A DNA stretch of 64,000 nucleotides from NCBI GenBank assembly GCA_051532035.1, contig JAOPTW010000013.1:32001-96000 (forward strand), written 5' to 3'. The stretch is from Fibrobacterales bacterium. GTDB lineage: Bacteria; Fibrobacterota; Fibrobacteria; Fibrobacterales; JAOPTW01. Positions within the stretch are counted from its first letter, which is position 1; every line of letters starts with the position of its first letter. The translations under genes and the position numbers were made by a program. Positions 21,505 through 30,976 of the stretch are shown here, in pieces. The notes under the pieces were generated by a model. That model saw only the letters and a program-made list of their open reading frames with translations. It was not told the origin of the DNA and did no database searches.

Positions 21505-22275
21505 TCAGTTATTTGTTTGAAGAGTAATTACTACTGTACTGCTATTACTCCCATTTTTACCTATTTCTACTTTGCCTGCATAATTTCCGAGTAACTGTCG
21601 TGGCACTTTCAATGCACCATCTAATATTATACTCCTATTGCTGTCCTTACCGCTTCCTTCACTCTTCTTCGTATTGGAGACCAGTTCCATTGTTATTGTC
21701 ACAAGCCTCTCTCGATGTTCAGTAGTAATCATGAGAGTATCATTTTTTCTCCCTACATCTTTTCCTAGATACACCATTATATCCACTACTGACTGCATAA
21801 GTAATTGATAATTGACAGTGACTCCGGGGCAGTTCATCTCCAGTTGCACCATGAGAGAATCAATTGATTTTTCTATTGAAGTTTTGACCAAAAGTACAGC
21901 CTGCTCTACAACGGCATTTACATCCCCAGTAGTACCTTCACTATTTTGCAAATACTGTTTCAAACTATGGGTTATTTTTTCAATAGTACCATTACATTCA
22001 TCAATACTTTTAAAAATCGAATGTGACTTCTCAGACAATAACATAATTTTTTCGTCTGTATTTGTTTCCGGGCACGTTACACTAATATTTTTAAAAATCT
22101 CTTCATACGCATCCTTTAAAAATGAGTTATTAAACTCAATCACATTCACCGCGTTTAATATATCATGAGAGATACCCGGTATTACCTGCTCTAATTTTTC
22201 TATTTTTTGAACTTTAAGCTGCTGGATGTGCTCACCACTTTCTACATAGTTATTATTATTTAGTTGTTGGCTCAT
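21505..22275 (-). CDS. Degenerate histidine-kinase-like protein (H-box kept, ATP-binding boxes lost)
   Basis: GISHDILN resembles an H-box; the downstream HATPase-like region lacks the N-box Asn and DxGxG/GxGL. Confidence 0.7.
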   Translation of the reverse strand: MSQQLNNNNYVESGEHIQQLKVQKIEKLEQVIPGISHDILNAVNVIEFNNSFLKDAYEEIFKNISVTCPETNTDEKIMLLSEKSHSIFKSIDECNGTIEKITHSLKQYLQNSEGTTGDVNAVVEQAVLLVKTSIEKSIDSLMVQLEMNCPGVTVNYQLLMQSVVDIMVYLGKDVGRKNDTLMITTEHRERLVTITMELVSNTKKSEGSGKDSNRSIILDGALKVPRQLLGNYAGKVEIGKNGSNSSTVVITLQTNN

Positions 22276-22543
22276 GTAGAATATTTACGTAAAGGAGTTA
22301 TAGTGCAATTATATCACATAAACATACTAGACACTACTAAATAGGCTTTTTTTTGTCCAATATCGATCCATATTACAGTTTTGTAATTTTTAGATTCAAT
22401 GTTCTTCCAGTGAGGTTGAAATACTTGATATGCATGATGGTACAAGTGCAAAAACGCTGCGTACGTTCACCAAAACGTTGTAAAATCAGGTAAATTAGAT
22501 TTACATATTGGAATAACACACTCGAATATCAGAAACATTCTTG

Positions 22544-25468
22544 CTATTGATAGGAAACAATGAGTAACCCTTTGGGGGAGTTAAGAGGAATTACGACGAT
22601 ACCATCATATACTTCTCCAGAGGATATGAGTTCGCCATGAACAGAGTATACTTTATACGATTGAGCACTATTAGGAGCATACACATTTTTAATACCAGGC
22701 ACAATGTTTGAGATAACGGTTATGGACACCTCTCTTGAAAAGTCATGAGTACCCTGAACTGGAGCCACCCTTTCCGAAGATTGTCCAATGACATCTTCTT
22801 CATGAGTGCTACTGCTGTTCTCTATAAGTGCGTTTGATGATTGGGCACTGCTCTCAATACTATCTACAGAATCGACAATTACCGTATCATCCTCAGTGAT
22901 AATAATAGCCATTGCCGTATGAGGGGTCCAAAGGGTGTCGGAATTTGGCAACACCTCTCCGATGCGATAGAGCAGTGAATCTATATTCTCTGCCACGAGT
23001 GCCTTTGGATTAAGGGTGTCAAAAAGTGAATCTGAATCTACTCCACTATACAGTGCTTCTATGCGTACCACCAGCGATAACGCTCCATTTTCCATATCAT
23101 AATCATTTTGTAACAAAGACCTCAGAGAAAAGAGAGAGTCATTGTGTATGGTATCGTTTACGGCAATTGGAGGGTTTATTATATAATTCAAAAAGCCATT
23201 ATAGAGCACTGCCCCCATGAGTATATGACCTTCATCATTAGGGTGTACTTCATCGGGCATCAAATCGAGTTTATCGAGGGTGGGGGTGTTAAAATCCACC
23301 ACAGAGAGGCCATCGTTTTCAGCGACCTTGAGTATCATAGGGATCTGTTCGGTATGAATTACTTTGCCAGAAATTGTAAAGCTTACTTCCCCTGCATGAG
23401 GCGGTAATACAAGAATAATGTGAGGTGTACTCTCAAGGGTATTTAAGGTATCGATCAGGGATTGTAAATCACTACTAAATTCACTCTTATACGACCCCCA
23501 GTTATGAGTTTTTGAATCATTCGTACCCAGCATAATTGTGACTACATCAGGTACCCACTCAAGGAGTTCCCTAAACCGTGGGGATTCAAAGTAAGGATAG
23601 TCGCCGTTCTTGAGGAGCGTTCTGCTACTATGTCCATAATTATTTACGGTAAACTTTTCTCCAAGATGCTCACGGAGGTAGTCTACATATCCCCCTGCTT
23701 CGGTGATTGAATTACCGATACATGCGACTTTTTGAGGCGTCATTGATTCAATCGGAAAGAGCGTATCGCCAAACACCCGCAGTTCTGAAAAAGTAAAATG
23801 GCCTGCATCTGCCGTTCGCTGAACCCGAACATATTGATAGGTAGAATCGAGTAGTTTTTGTGTGCGCCATGTGCCATTGGGTTCAATGGGTACTGTAGGC
23901 CCTCCCAAGGTGACAAAAGTATTAAAGGTTCTATTATTTGAAAGTACTATTTCAAAGTTTTCACGACTCTGTTCCTGATCTATATCTTGGCGCGTAACCA
24001 GCTCAACCGAAGTGATATGTACCTTCACCCCCAAGTCAACCTGATAATAGGGCTTCAATTCTTCTGAATCAGAAGCCCACAATGTTGCTTCATTGCCATC
24101 ATTACCCCTGCCCCCATCAAAACTATCTCCCCAAACAGAACTTCTACTGTGGCCCTTTTGATACGCCAGATTTCCAGTATTCTTTTCTTTGCTCTGATTC
24201 TCAATCACCAAACCAAAATCCAAGTCAAAATCAAACCAGCTCTCTGAGCAAGAGCTTGAGGTTGTTCCTGCAAGCAGGTTGCCGAGCACTGTACTACTAT
24301 TATTAAAGTAGACTTCCCAATCACGTCCATCATTAGAAGTGATGCTAAAAAAGTATGTCATCCATGGAACAAGGAAGATATCGTCATTAAATTCAATAGT
24401 ATTTACCCCGGCACTCAAAAAGGGAATACTTTGAGAATACACCGTTTTACCACTACAGTTATACCCATCTTTTATCTCAAGGGTAAATGGGGCGTCAATT
24501 GCTGTAGGGACATTCAACCACAGTTTTTTTAACGAGCCATGCACTTCCGTTACAAAGGTTTGCCCCCACTGGGCATAGGGATTGCTTTTTGAATTACTTT
24601 CGCTTGTGATTTGTTGGTAGCTATCTTGAGCACATAGGGCAGAATCTTTCATGAGGCATACCATATCAGCGAATATACGCCTTCCCTGAAGTATTATGCC
24701 AGCAGGAGTGAGATGGGTTGCATCTGCTTTTTCGAGCCCATACATCGAGGTAAAAGCAATAGCACTGTCATTACGGGCAATGTCTTGATGGTGTTGTACG
24801 ATATCAGGATCTTCTGGTATTCCCGGGAACTGTTCATCTACACCGAGTATAATAGGGAGCACACTATTTTCCGCAACGGTATTTCGCCAATATTCTATGT
24901 AGGTTTCGATATAACTGCGGTAAACACTTTCCAGAAATTCACTTCCAGAATCAGACTCTCCCTGTATCCACACAACACCACGCACGTTAATAGTGGTTCC
25001 TGCATTTTTTAATTCTGTTATCGCTTCATTAACACGGGCAATAAAGGTGTCAAATAGTCCACCTTCCCCCGGCATTTTCCAATTGTGGTATACACTTGTA
25101 CCACCCCATGCGTGTTTAAATATTGCAGGGGTATAACCCGCTCGTTTTAGCTCTCGGGCAAAGGTCACTTCAGGTCCAAAATTACCGTAACTAAATAACC
25201 CGGATTGGGAGCCAAGAGTTGTCCAGCCGTCAGATTGGTGGTCGTCAGTGTAGGTCCAGTGAAAAGGGATTTGAGCATCGAGACCTTCTGGATCAGCTGG
25301 GTATTGATTGCCGTGACCTTTATCGCCCTGCATATTTGACTGGCCCATTAACAGAAAAAGATCAACCTCTTTGGGAAGTGCTTGAATCTGCACTGACACA
25401 ATGATTCCAAAGATACACAAAGAAAAAAGTGTACTTCGCGTTCTTTTAATTGCTCGAGTTGCATTCAT
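22544..25468 (-). CDS. Secreted dual esterase: SASA/CE6-like domain + discoidin (F5/8C) + GDSL/SGNH domain
   Basis: Signal peptide; GQSNM, WIQGESD, DATH; NDGNEATLWAS..YQVDLG; CIGNSIT, GTNDS, DEVHP. Confidence 0.88.
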   Translation of the reverse strand: MNATRAIKRTRSTLFSLCIFGIIVSVQIQALPKEVDLFLLMGQSNMQGDKGHGNQYPADPEGLDAQIPFHWTYTDDHQSDGWTTLGSQSGLFSYGNFGPEVTFARELKRAGYTPAIFKHAWGGTSVYHNWKMPGEGGLFDTFIARVNEAITELKNAGTTINVRGVVWIQGESDSGSEFLESVYRSYIETYIEYWRNTVAENSVLPIILGVDEQFPGIPEDPDIVQHHQDIARNDSAIAFTSMYGLEKADATHLTPAGIILQGRRIFADMVCLMKDSALCAQDSYQQITSESNSKSNPYAQWGQTFVTEVHGSLKKLWLNVPTAIDAPFTLEIKDGYNCSGKTVYSQSIPFLSAGVNTIEFNDDIFLVPWMTYFFSITSNDGRDWEVYFNNSSTVLGNLLAGTTSSSCSESWFDFDLDFGLVIENQSKEKNTGNLAYQKGHSRSSVWGDSFDGGRGNDGNEATLWASDSEELKPYYQVDLGVKVHITSVELVTRQDIDQEQSRENFEIVLSNNRTFNTFVTLGGPTVPIEPNGTWRTQKLLDSTYQYVRVQRTADAGHFTFSELRVFGDTLFPIESMTPQKVACIGNSITEAGGYVDYLREHLGEKFTVNNYGHSSRTLLKNGDYPYFESPRFRELLEWVPDVVTIMLGTNDSKTHNWGSYKSEFSSDLQSLIDTLNTLESTPHIILVLPPHAGEVSFTISGKVIHTEQIPMILKVAENDGLSVVDFNTPTLDKLDLMPDEVHPNDEGHILMGAVLYNGFLNYIINPPIAVNDTIHNDSLFSLRSLLQNDYDMENGALSLVVRIEALYSGVDSDSLFDTLNPKALVAENIDSLLYRIGEVLPNSDTLWTPHTAMAIIITEDDTVIVDSVDSIESSAQSSNALIENSSSTHEEDVIGQSSERVAPVQGTHDFSREVSITVISNIVPGIKNVYAPNSAQSYKVYSVHGELISSGEVYDGIVVIPLNSPKGLLIVSYQ

Positions 25469-25521
25469 TGTACCTATTCTCCTGAGCCTGAAAATCAGGG
25501 TGTGTGCTGCACGATTAATAC

Positions 25522-28191
25522 TTATTTAAACACTATATAGAGTGCGCCAAAAGGAAGAGTGTCAGGTAATTGAAAGCGTTGCTTATGAACTGACCCTTGA
25601 TGGATGAACTCACCAGTAATTCTATAGACACTATAATTTTGTGCTGTATGAGGTGGCGACAATACATGTACTGTGCCGGGAGTATGCTGTATGAGTGTAC
25701 TCTGTTTGTAAAAAGATGTCCCAACAGCTAAAAGCGATGCCGCCCTTTCTTCCTTCATGCTTGATATACGTAAAGCAGAACTTGATGATAAAGATAACTC
25801 TGTAGAGGAATAGGATGCCACAGATTGGACTATCCCCTCTTGACCAACGCCAGGTCCATATGCATTACTGCTTAAGAGTATTGTCTCTTCTGATGATTCA
25901 ATCCCCCGTTCATTTCGAAAGTCATAGAGAGGAATTTGATGTTCCAAAATCCACCTGGCACTCCACCATCCTGTTTTGAATCCTTCATATTCGGCATAAC
26001 CCGTTTCATTTTCTATATGCATAGCATATTCAGGTTTCCAAGCGCTTTGTATCAAAGAGTGCTGATTATTTATTGCAACGATGGACCAACGAGAACTCCA
26101 CCAACCAGTTTCTCTAGGGGTAATGGCAATATGAGCCCCATTGTTTTCTAGATTAATATATTCTCCAGTCTTCACATTTTTAATTTCTGTAACTCCTGGT
26201 GCAAATTCTTCAAGAATCCAGGGGTCAGGAGTTGTGCCGATTGTAAGGGTCTCTTCAACTTGCTGTAAATAAAGCGATTTCCATGCACTTTTTATACTAT
26301 AGGTTTGGTTGGCGGGATGAATGCGGATGGTGATGGTGTCTGTTACTAAAGATCCCACCTCATCAACAACCTCCAAGATACATTGATGAATACCAACGCT
26401 CAGAGGAATAGTATCTATTATTTGATTTGATACTATAGAATCACGAGTGCGCCATGTATAGGATGTTATTTCTCCATTAGGGTCAATGCTCTGTGAACCA
26501 TCTAATACATACTGTATAAAACCAGTATTTTCTGTGTCGGTTATACTTAGGTCTTCACCAGCATCAACTATTGGGATATCCTTTGTTATCTTAAACCAAT
26601 CGAGATTGTACCCGGGCTCTTCTGCAACAAGTGCCAATGTTTGTTTACCTGCTGTAAGTTCAACCAGTTGATATACCGTGATCCAATCCTGCCAACTCCC
26701 CGTTTCATCGATCGGTGTTTTGGCAAATACCTCCGCACCACCTAAAAGTTCAAGCTTAAGAATGCCCCCACCTTGTAGGCTAGAAACTCGATAGTGCATT
26801 AAATATGAGCCATCTTCGGGTATATCAACGGTGTACGCTGCAAAACTTCCTTTACCCATTCCACCAATGTTTTTGCCTCCTTCACTTGCTGGTTCAACAA
26901 TCACTCCATGCATACTAAAATAATCTTCTGCCTCATAATGAAGAGGCGCCTTTGTATAGATCATAAGAGCGTCAATTGTTGCACTATTTCTTTCGCAGTT
27001 TTCAAGTAACACACTTTCTGCAAAACCCATCAGTGCATCAAATGCAAAAGCGGTGTCGGGCTGAGTCCCGCCATGGTTCCAGTATTGTGTAAGGGTAAAA
27101 TAATTATCATCGGGATTAATTTTATATGACCCACTTCCAGAATGTACCTTTTTCCAGGTCCACCAACTCCAGCCGATGTTATGCGATTCTAAGAGCCGTA
27201 CCGCTTCATTATACCAGGTATTGCTATTCTCACCTGATTCACTCATCCAGAGGGGGGCATTGTACGCATCGCGCATGCCAACAAAACCACTAATCGACCC
27301 ATAATTATTTTCATTCCAATATTTATGGAAACTTATACCTACGTTGGTGTCATGTACCGGCAGTGGCCAGAGTCCATTATGGTTATTACCCCAGCAATTA
27401 CCTTCAATAAAAATTATATGATTGGTATCATGTTTCCGAATTGCGGGAATCAAGCGAGCGTACATATCCCGAAGTGGCCCATTTTCTGTGTCGACACACC
27501 CTCGGTCACCCGGAACCGTAAAGCTCCAGTTGGGTTCATTCATAGGGTCATATCCCCCAACCCACGGTTCATTTGCATAGCGTTCTGCAAAATTACTCCA
27601 AAGAGCCACCATTTTTCGCTTATTCTCTTCACTTTCCCAGAGTGAGGCTTTGGTTGGATCATAATCATTAATATTGCCATTATAGCCTTGCCCACCAGGA
27701 GCTGCATGGAGATCGAGAATAACATAGAGTTCACTACGGGCGCACCATGCTATGAGACTATCAAGTCTATCGAAGCCATCGGGTAACCATGTATCTTGAC
27801 CAGAAACGGGCTCTTCTTCTATGGGGAGTGTAAAGTTATTATAGTGAAGAGAGACGCGAATGGTATTAAAGCCCGATGCTTTGAGCTCTTGAACATCTGC
27901 CTCTCTAAAAAAATTATCAAGCCATGCCGTTCTGTATTGTTCAAATTTGTCATTGCCTATTAGAGCTTTAATGTCATTAAATATTTTGTGCTGTCCTTCA
28001 TTAGCGCTTTCATTTAGGGCAAACATATACGGTTCTTGTACAAACCACCCACCGATGCCCATAGAACGGATTATAAAGTTTTCACCTGTGTCATCTATTA
28101 TTTTAGTGCCGTCCGCACGTAAGAATCCTGCTGCTGAACTGGGGGTGAGCAATAACACCGTCAGGAGTATAGTTGTAACAATTGTTTTCAT
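25522..28191 (-). CDS. Secreted GH5 glycoside hydrolase with CBM6-like, PKD-like and ricin-like modules
   Basis: LDLHAAPGGQ, YDPMNEP acid/base, WMSESGEN nucleophile; HYEAEDY...NLDWF CBM6-like; DAGED..DGSQSIDPNG PKD. Confidence 0.92.
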   Translation of the reverse strand: MKTIVTTILLTVLLLTPSSAAGFLRADGTKIIDDTGENFIIRSMGIGGWFVQEPYMFALNESANEGQHKIFNDIKALIGNDKFEQYRTAWLDNFFREADVQELKASGFNTIRVSLHYNNFTLPIEEEPVSGQDTWLPDGFDRLDSLIAWCARSELYVILDLHAAPGGQGYNGNINDYDPTKASLWESEENKRKMVALWSNFAERYANEPWVGGYDPMNEPNWSFTVPGDRGCVDTENGPLRDMYARLIPAIRKHDTNHIIFIEGNCWGNNHNGLWPLPVHDTNVGISFHKYWNENNYGSISGFVGMRDAYNAPLWMSESGENSNTWYNEAVRLLESHNIGWSWWTWKKVHSGSGSYKINPDDNYFTLTQYWNHGGTQPDTAFAFDALMGFAESVLLENCERNSATIDALMIYTKAPLHYEAEDYFSMHGVIVEPASEGGKNIGGMGKGSFAAYTVDIPEDGSYLMHYRVSSLQGGGILKLELLGGAEVFAKTPIDETGSWQDWITVYQLVELTAGKQTLALVAEEPGYNLDWFKITKDIPIVDAGEDLSITDTENTGFIQYVLDGSQSIDPNGEITSYTWRTRDSIVSNQIIDTIPLSVGIHQCILEVVDEVGSLVTDTITIRIHPANQTYSIKSAWKSLYLQQVEETLTIGTTPDPWILEEFAPGVTEIKNVKTGEYINLENNGAHIAITPRETGWWSSRWSIVAINNQHSLIQSAWKPEYAMHIENETGYAEYEGFKTGWWSARWILEHQIPLYDFRNERGIESSEETILLSSNAYGPGVGQEGIVQSVASYSSTELSLSSSSALRISSMKEERAASLLAVGTSFYKQSTLIQHTPGTVHVLSPPHTAQNYSVYRITGEFIHQGSVHKQRFQLPDTLPFGALYIVFK

Positions 28192-28328
28192 AGAGTTTCC
28201 TATGGAATAAAATGACTATGGTACTCTTGTAGCCAATCAGTAATATTAAAATATATTATTAAGGTTCTATACGACAGGTCATGGAAAAGTATCAGTATCT
28301 GGTGTGGACCCCACTATCCACAGTACTG

Positions 28329-28353
28329 CTTTGTAAAGCTTGTTTTTACAAAG
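28329..28353. promoter_or_regulatory. Palindromic putative operator TTGTAA-N9-TTACAA upstream of the GH5-esterase pair
   Basis: CTTTGTAAAGCTTGTTTTTACAAAG; the same core and spacing recur at 42928. Confidence 0.5.
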
Positions 28354-28457
28354 ACTATTGTTTTATTCATCTGCTGTAATACACGTGGAAAGGTGTGGGT
28401 AGGTCAACGCTCTATCAACTGTGCGAGAAGATACTATTGTATATCAGTACTCTCTTT

Positions 28458-30587
28458 TTACTCCGTGTTTTCATCGGCTACACTCACTTGATTCCTGCCT
28501 TGTTGTTTTGCTTTGTACAGTGCACAGTCAGCCCGTTTAACAAGTGAATTAATGGTTTCTTTTGGTGCTATTTCTGCCACACCAAAACTGATTGTTACTA
28601 TACCGACATTTTGCACGGGATTTAGCTCAAGCTGTAGTCTTAATTTCTCCGAAAGTTTAGCGGCACCACCTGTTGTTGTGCTGGGACAGATGATTAAAAA
28701 CTCCTCTCCCCCCCAGCGTCCAATAATATCAACTTGTCGACACTTGGCCTTAAGGGTTGTAGCTATGTGGACAAGTACCTTATCACCACTGAGATGTCCA
28801 CAGGTATCATTTACTTCTTTAAAATGATCGATATCTAAAAGTATAATTGAAAAAACCTGATTGTATCTTTCAAATAAATGAAGTTGTTCAATGAGTACCT
28901 GGTCAGTTTTCACTCGATTATAGAGCGATGTAAGCTTGTCGGTGATGGATAATACCTGAAGTAATGTGTTGAACTTTTTAAGTTGATATTGTCTGTAGGC
29001 AAAGAATAAAAACACTAATGATACCGCGCCAAATAGTTCTATCATCAACATATAATCGAGCCCTTGATCATAACTGATATGTATCCAAGAATTCATAATC
29101 TCGCGGTTTTGTTTCGCATCGAGTGCTTTAATTGCATGATTAAAAATATCATTTAACAGGGGCTCATCGTTTCTTGTTCCAATACTTAACATCCACTTTT
29201 CATCGAATTTACCATTAATTTTTAGTACATTGAAGAAACGACTGTTTTGAAGAGCATATGCAGTAGATGGGAGTGTACCTATAAAACCAAAGAGCTTTCC
29301 ATTCGAAACCTGATTCAATCCATCAATTTGTGAGTTAACCTCAACAAGATTAATTGTAGGGTATTTATTTCTCAATAACTCTATTTGTGCATACCCTTTT
29401 ACAATACCCATTTTTTTATCCAAAACATCGGTAAATGATAATACAAATGGTTTGTTTTTCTTTGTGGCTATAACAAGGGGAATAACGAGATAAGGAACGG
29501 TGAAGTTCATATACTTTTCACGTGCTGGAGTACTCATTGCTAAAGAGACAATATCGCATTTTCTGGCTTTAATAAATTTTATTGATTCAGCCCAGCTGAT
29601 AGTCTCGACCAAGGTAATCGGCGTATGTAACATTTCACTGAAAAGCTTTATGTAATCAGCGCTCATTCCGATGTGTTTACCATCTACAATTTTTTCATAA
29701 GGCATCCAGTCTGGATCAATGCACATGGAAATAGATTTTTTCTTTGATAAATATTTTTTTTCAATGGGATTTGTTATTATCTGTTTTTTAAAAAAAGCAG
29801 TGTTTACCCATTTTTTCCTTATTAAATGATGCTCTTTTAACGTTATTGCTTGTATTGCTTTATCTAAGATAGACATGAGAATTGGTTTATCAATACCCAC
29901 TCCAATTCGCTGTTTAGAAATAATGCCATTAAAGCTCACGTAATTTACTTTTATATTACTAAAGAGATGTTTTTGAATTTGAAATTCAATAACTACCAGG
30001 TGACCAAAAATCCCATCTGCCTCACCGGTAGATAGTTGAGAGAGTGCTTCTTTATATGTTTCAACTTCAATTACTTCAATTGAGGGATAATTCATTGGAA
30101 TCACAGTAGCTTCAACGGTTTTTTTCTTTACAAGAAGTCGTTTGCCCTTAAACTCTTTAAGAGAGGTAAGTGCTGCGACTTCATTTCGTGTAAAGAGTGC
30201 CATGGGGATTTCGATATAGGGTCTTGTAAATACAAGTGTTTTACGGCGGTCTGGAGTAGGATTAGCATTAATAATTCCATCTGTTTTATGATGCATTGCG
30301 TTACCGAGAGCTTCTGGCCATGGTCTTGCATCAAAACGTATGGATACGCCTACCTTATTTTCGATCAATCGAATATAATCGATACTGAGCCCGTCCATTT
30401 CTCCTTTTTCATTTCGGTAGTTCATTGGTTCATAGCGGTCATCGACAGAGAGGGTGATGGAGTTATTCGATAGCCACTTGATTTCATCATCAGACAAAAC
30501 AATTGTTGAATCTGATTGGGCAAATGAAAGTGAGCCTGTAAATAGAAGCAGTAGCAGAAGAGCCGGTAACTGCCGATAATATTGCAT
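28458..30587 (-). CDS. Diguanylate cyclase with two periplasmic SBP sensor domains
   Basis: TDKLTSLYNR, DIDHFKEVND, RQVD I-site, RWGGEEF; ATG 30587 follows an AAGGT RBS. Confidence 0.95.
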   Translation of the reverse strand: MQYYRQLPALLLLLLFTGSLSFAQSDSTIVLSDDEIKWLSNNSITLSVDDRYEPMNYRNEKGEMDGLSIDYIRLIENKVGVSIRFDARPWPEALGNAMHHKTDGIINANPTPDRRKTLVFTRPYIEIPMALFTRNEVAALTSLKEFKGKRLLVKKKTVEATVIPMNYPSIEVIEVETYKEALSQLSTGEADGIFGHLVVIEFQIQKHLFSNIKVNYVSFNGIISKQRIGVGIDKPILMSILDKAIQAITLKEHHLIRKKWVNTAFFKKQIITNPIEKKYLSKKKSISMCIDPDWMPYEKIVDGKHIGMSADYIKLFSEMLHTPITLVETISWAESIKFIKARKCDIVSLAMSTPAREKYMNFTVPYLVIPLVIATKKNKPFVLSFTDVLDKKMGIVKGYAQIELLRNKYPTINLVEVNSQIDGLNQVSNGKLFGFIGTLPSTAYALQNSRFFNVLKINGKFDEKWMLSIGTRNDEPLLNDIFNHAIKALDAKQNREIMNSWIHISYDQGLDYMLMIELFGAVSLVFLFFAYRQYQLKKFNTLLQVLSITDKLTSLYNRVKTDQVLIEQLHLFERYNQVFSIILLDIDHFKEVNDTCGHLSGDKVLVHIATTLKAKCRQVDIIGRWGGEEFLIICPSTTTGGAAKLSEKLRLQLELNPVQNVGIVTISFGVAEIAPKETINSLVKRADCALYKAKQQGRNQVSVADENTE

Positions 30588-30736
30588 TGTAATGCACCTT
30601 GCTTTGTTTAAAAAAGATATCAAATAATCTCTTTACAGTTTATGATGGTTCCGGTTTTTAGTATATCACTATTAAACGTCAATTAGCTTACTAATATTGA
30701 TTAAACTAATGAAGATATCGACATACAGGGGTGGCT

Positions 30737-30848
30737 CTCCCCCATTTTACACCTGAGGAAGTATATAGTAGAGCTTTAACGACGCAAATTACCAACATAT
30801 CCTGCTAAAATACTGGTTTCGAATGCCTCAAGAGTGCAGCCACTATAG
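30737..30848 (+). repeat. 112-bp direct repeat, copy A
   Basis: Ungapped alignment to 33360-33471, 84/112 identical by hand count. Confidence 0.85.
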
Positions 30849-30976
30849 TACCTTATTTATAGAAATCATTGGCAGTTTGAAGGCTTGAGTGGTATAGTCA
30901 AATGAGCACTATACAAAGAAAACATTCAGAGATTGTACTGTATTCTGTTGTTTACAATATCTATGAGGAGAATTAG

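Noticed and set aside
22372..22395. ATTACA-N4-TGTAAT and TTGTAATTTTTAGAT (two mismatches to the enhancer motif) upstream of the degenerate kinase
   Set aside because: Too degenerate for AT-rich DNA and no sigma54 element found nearby
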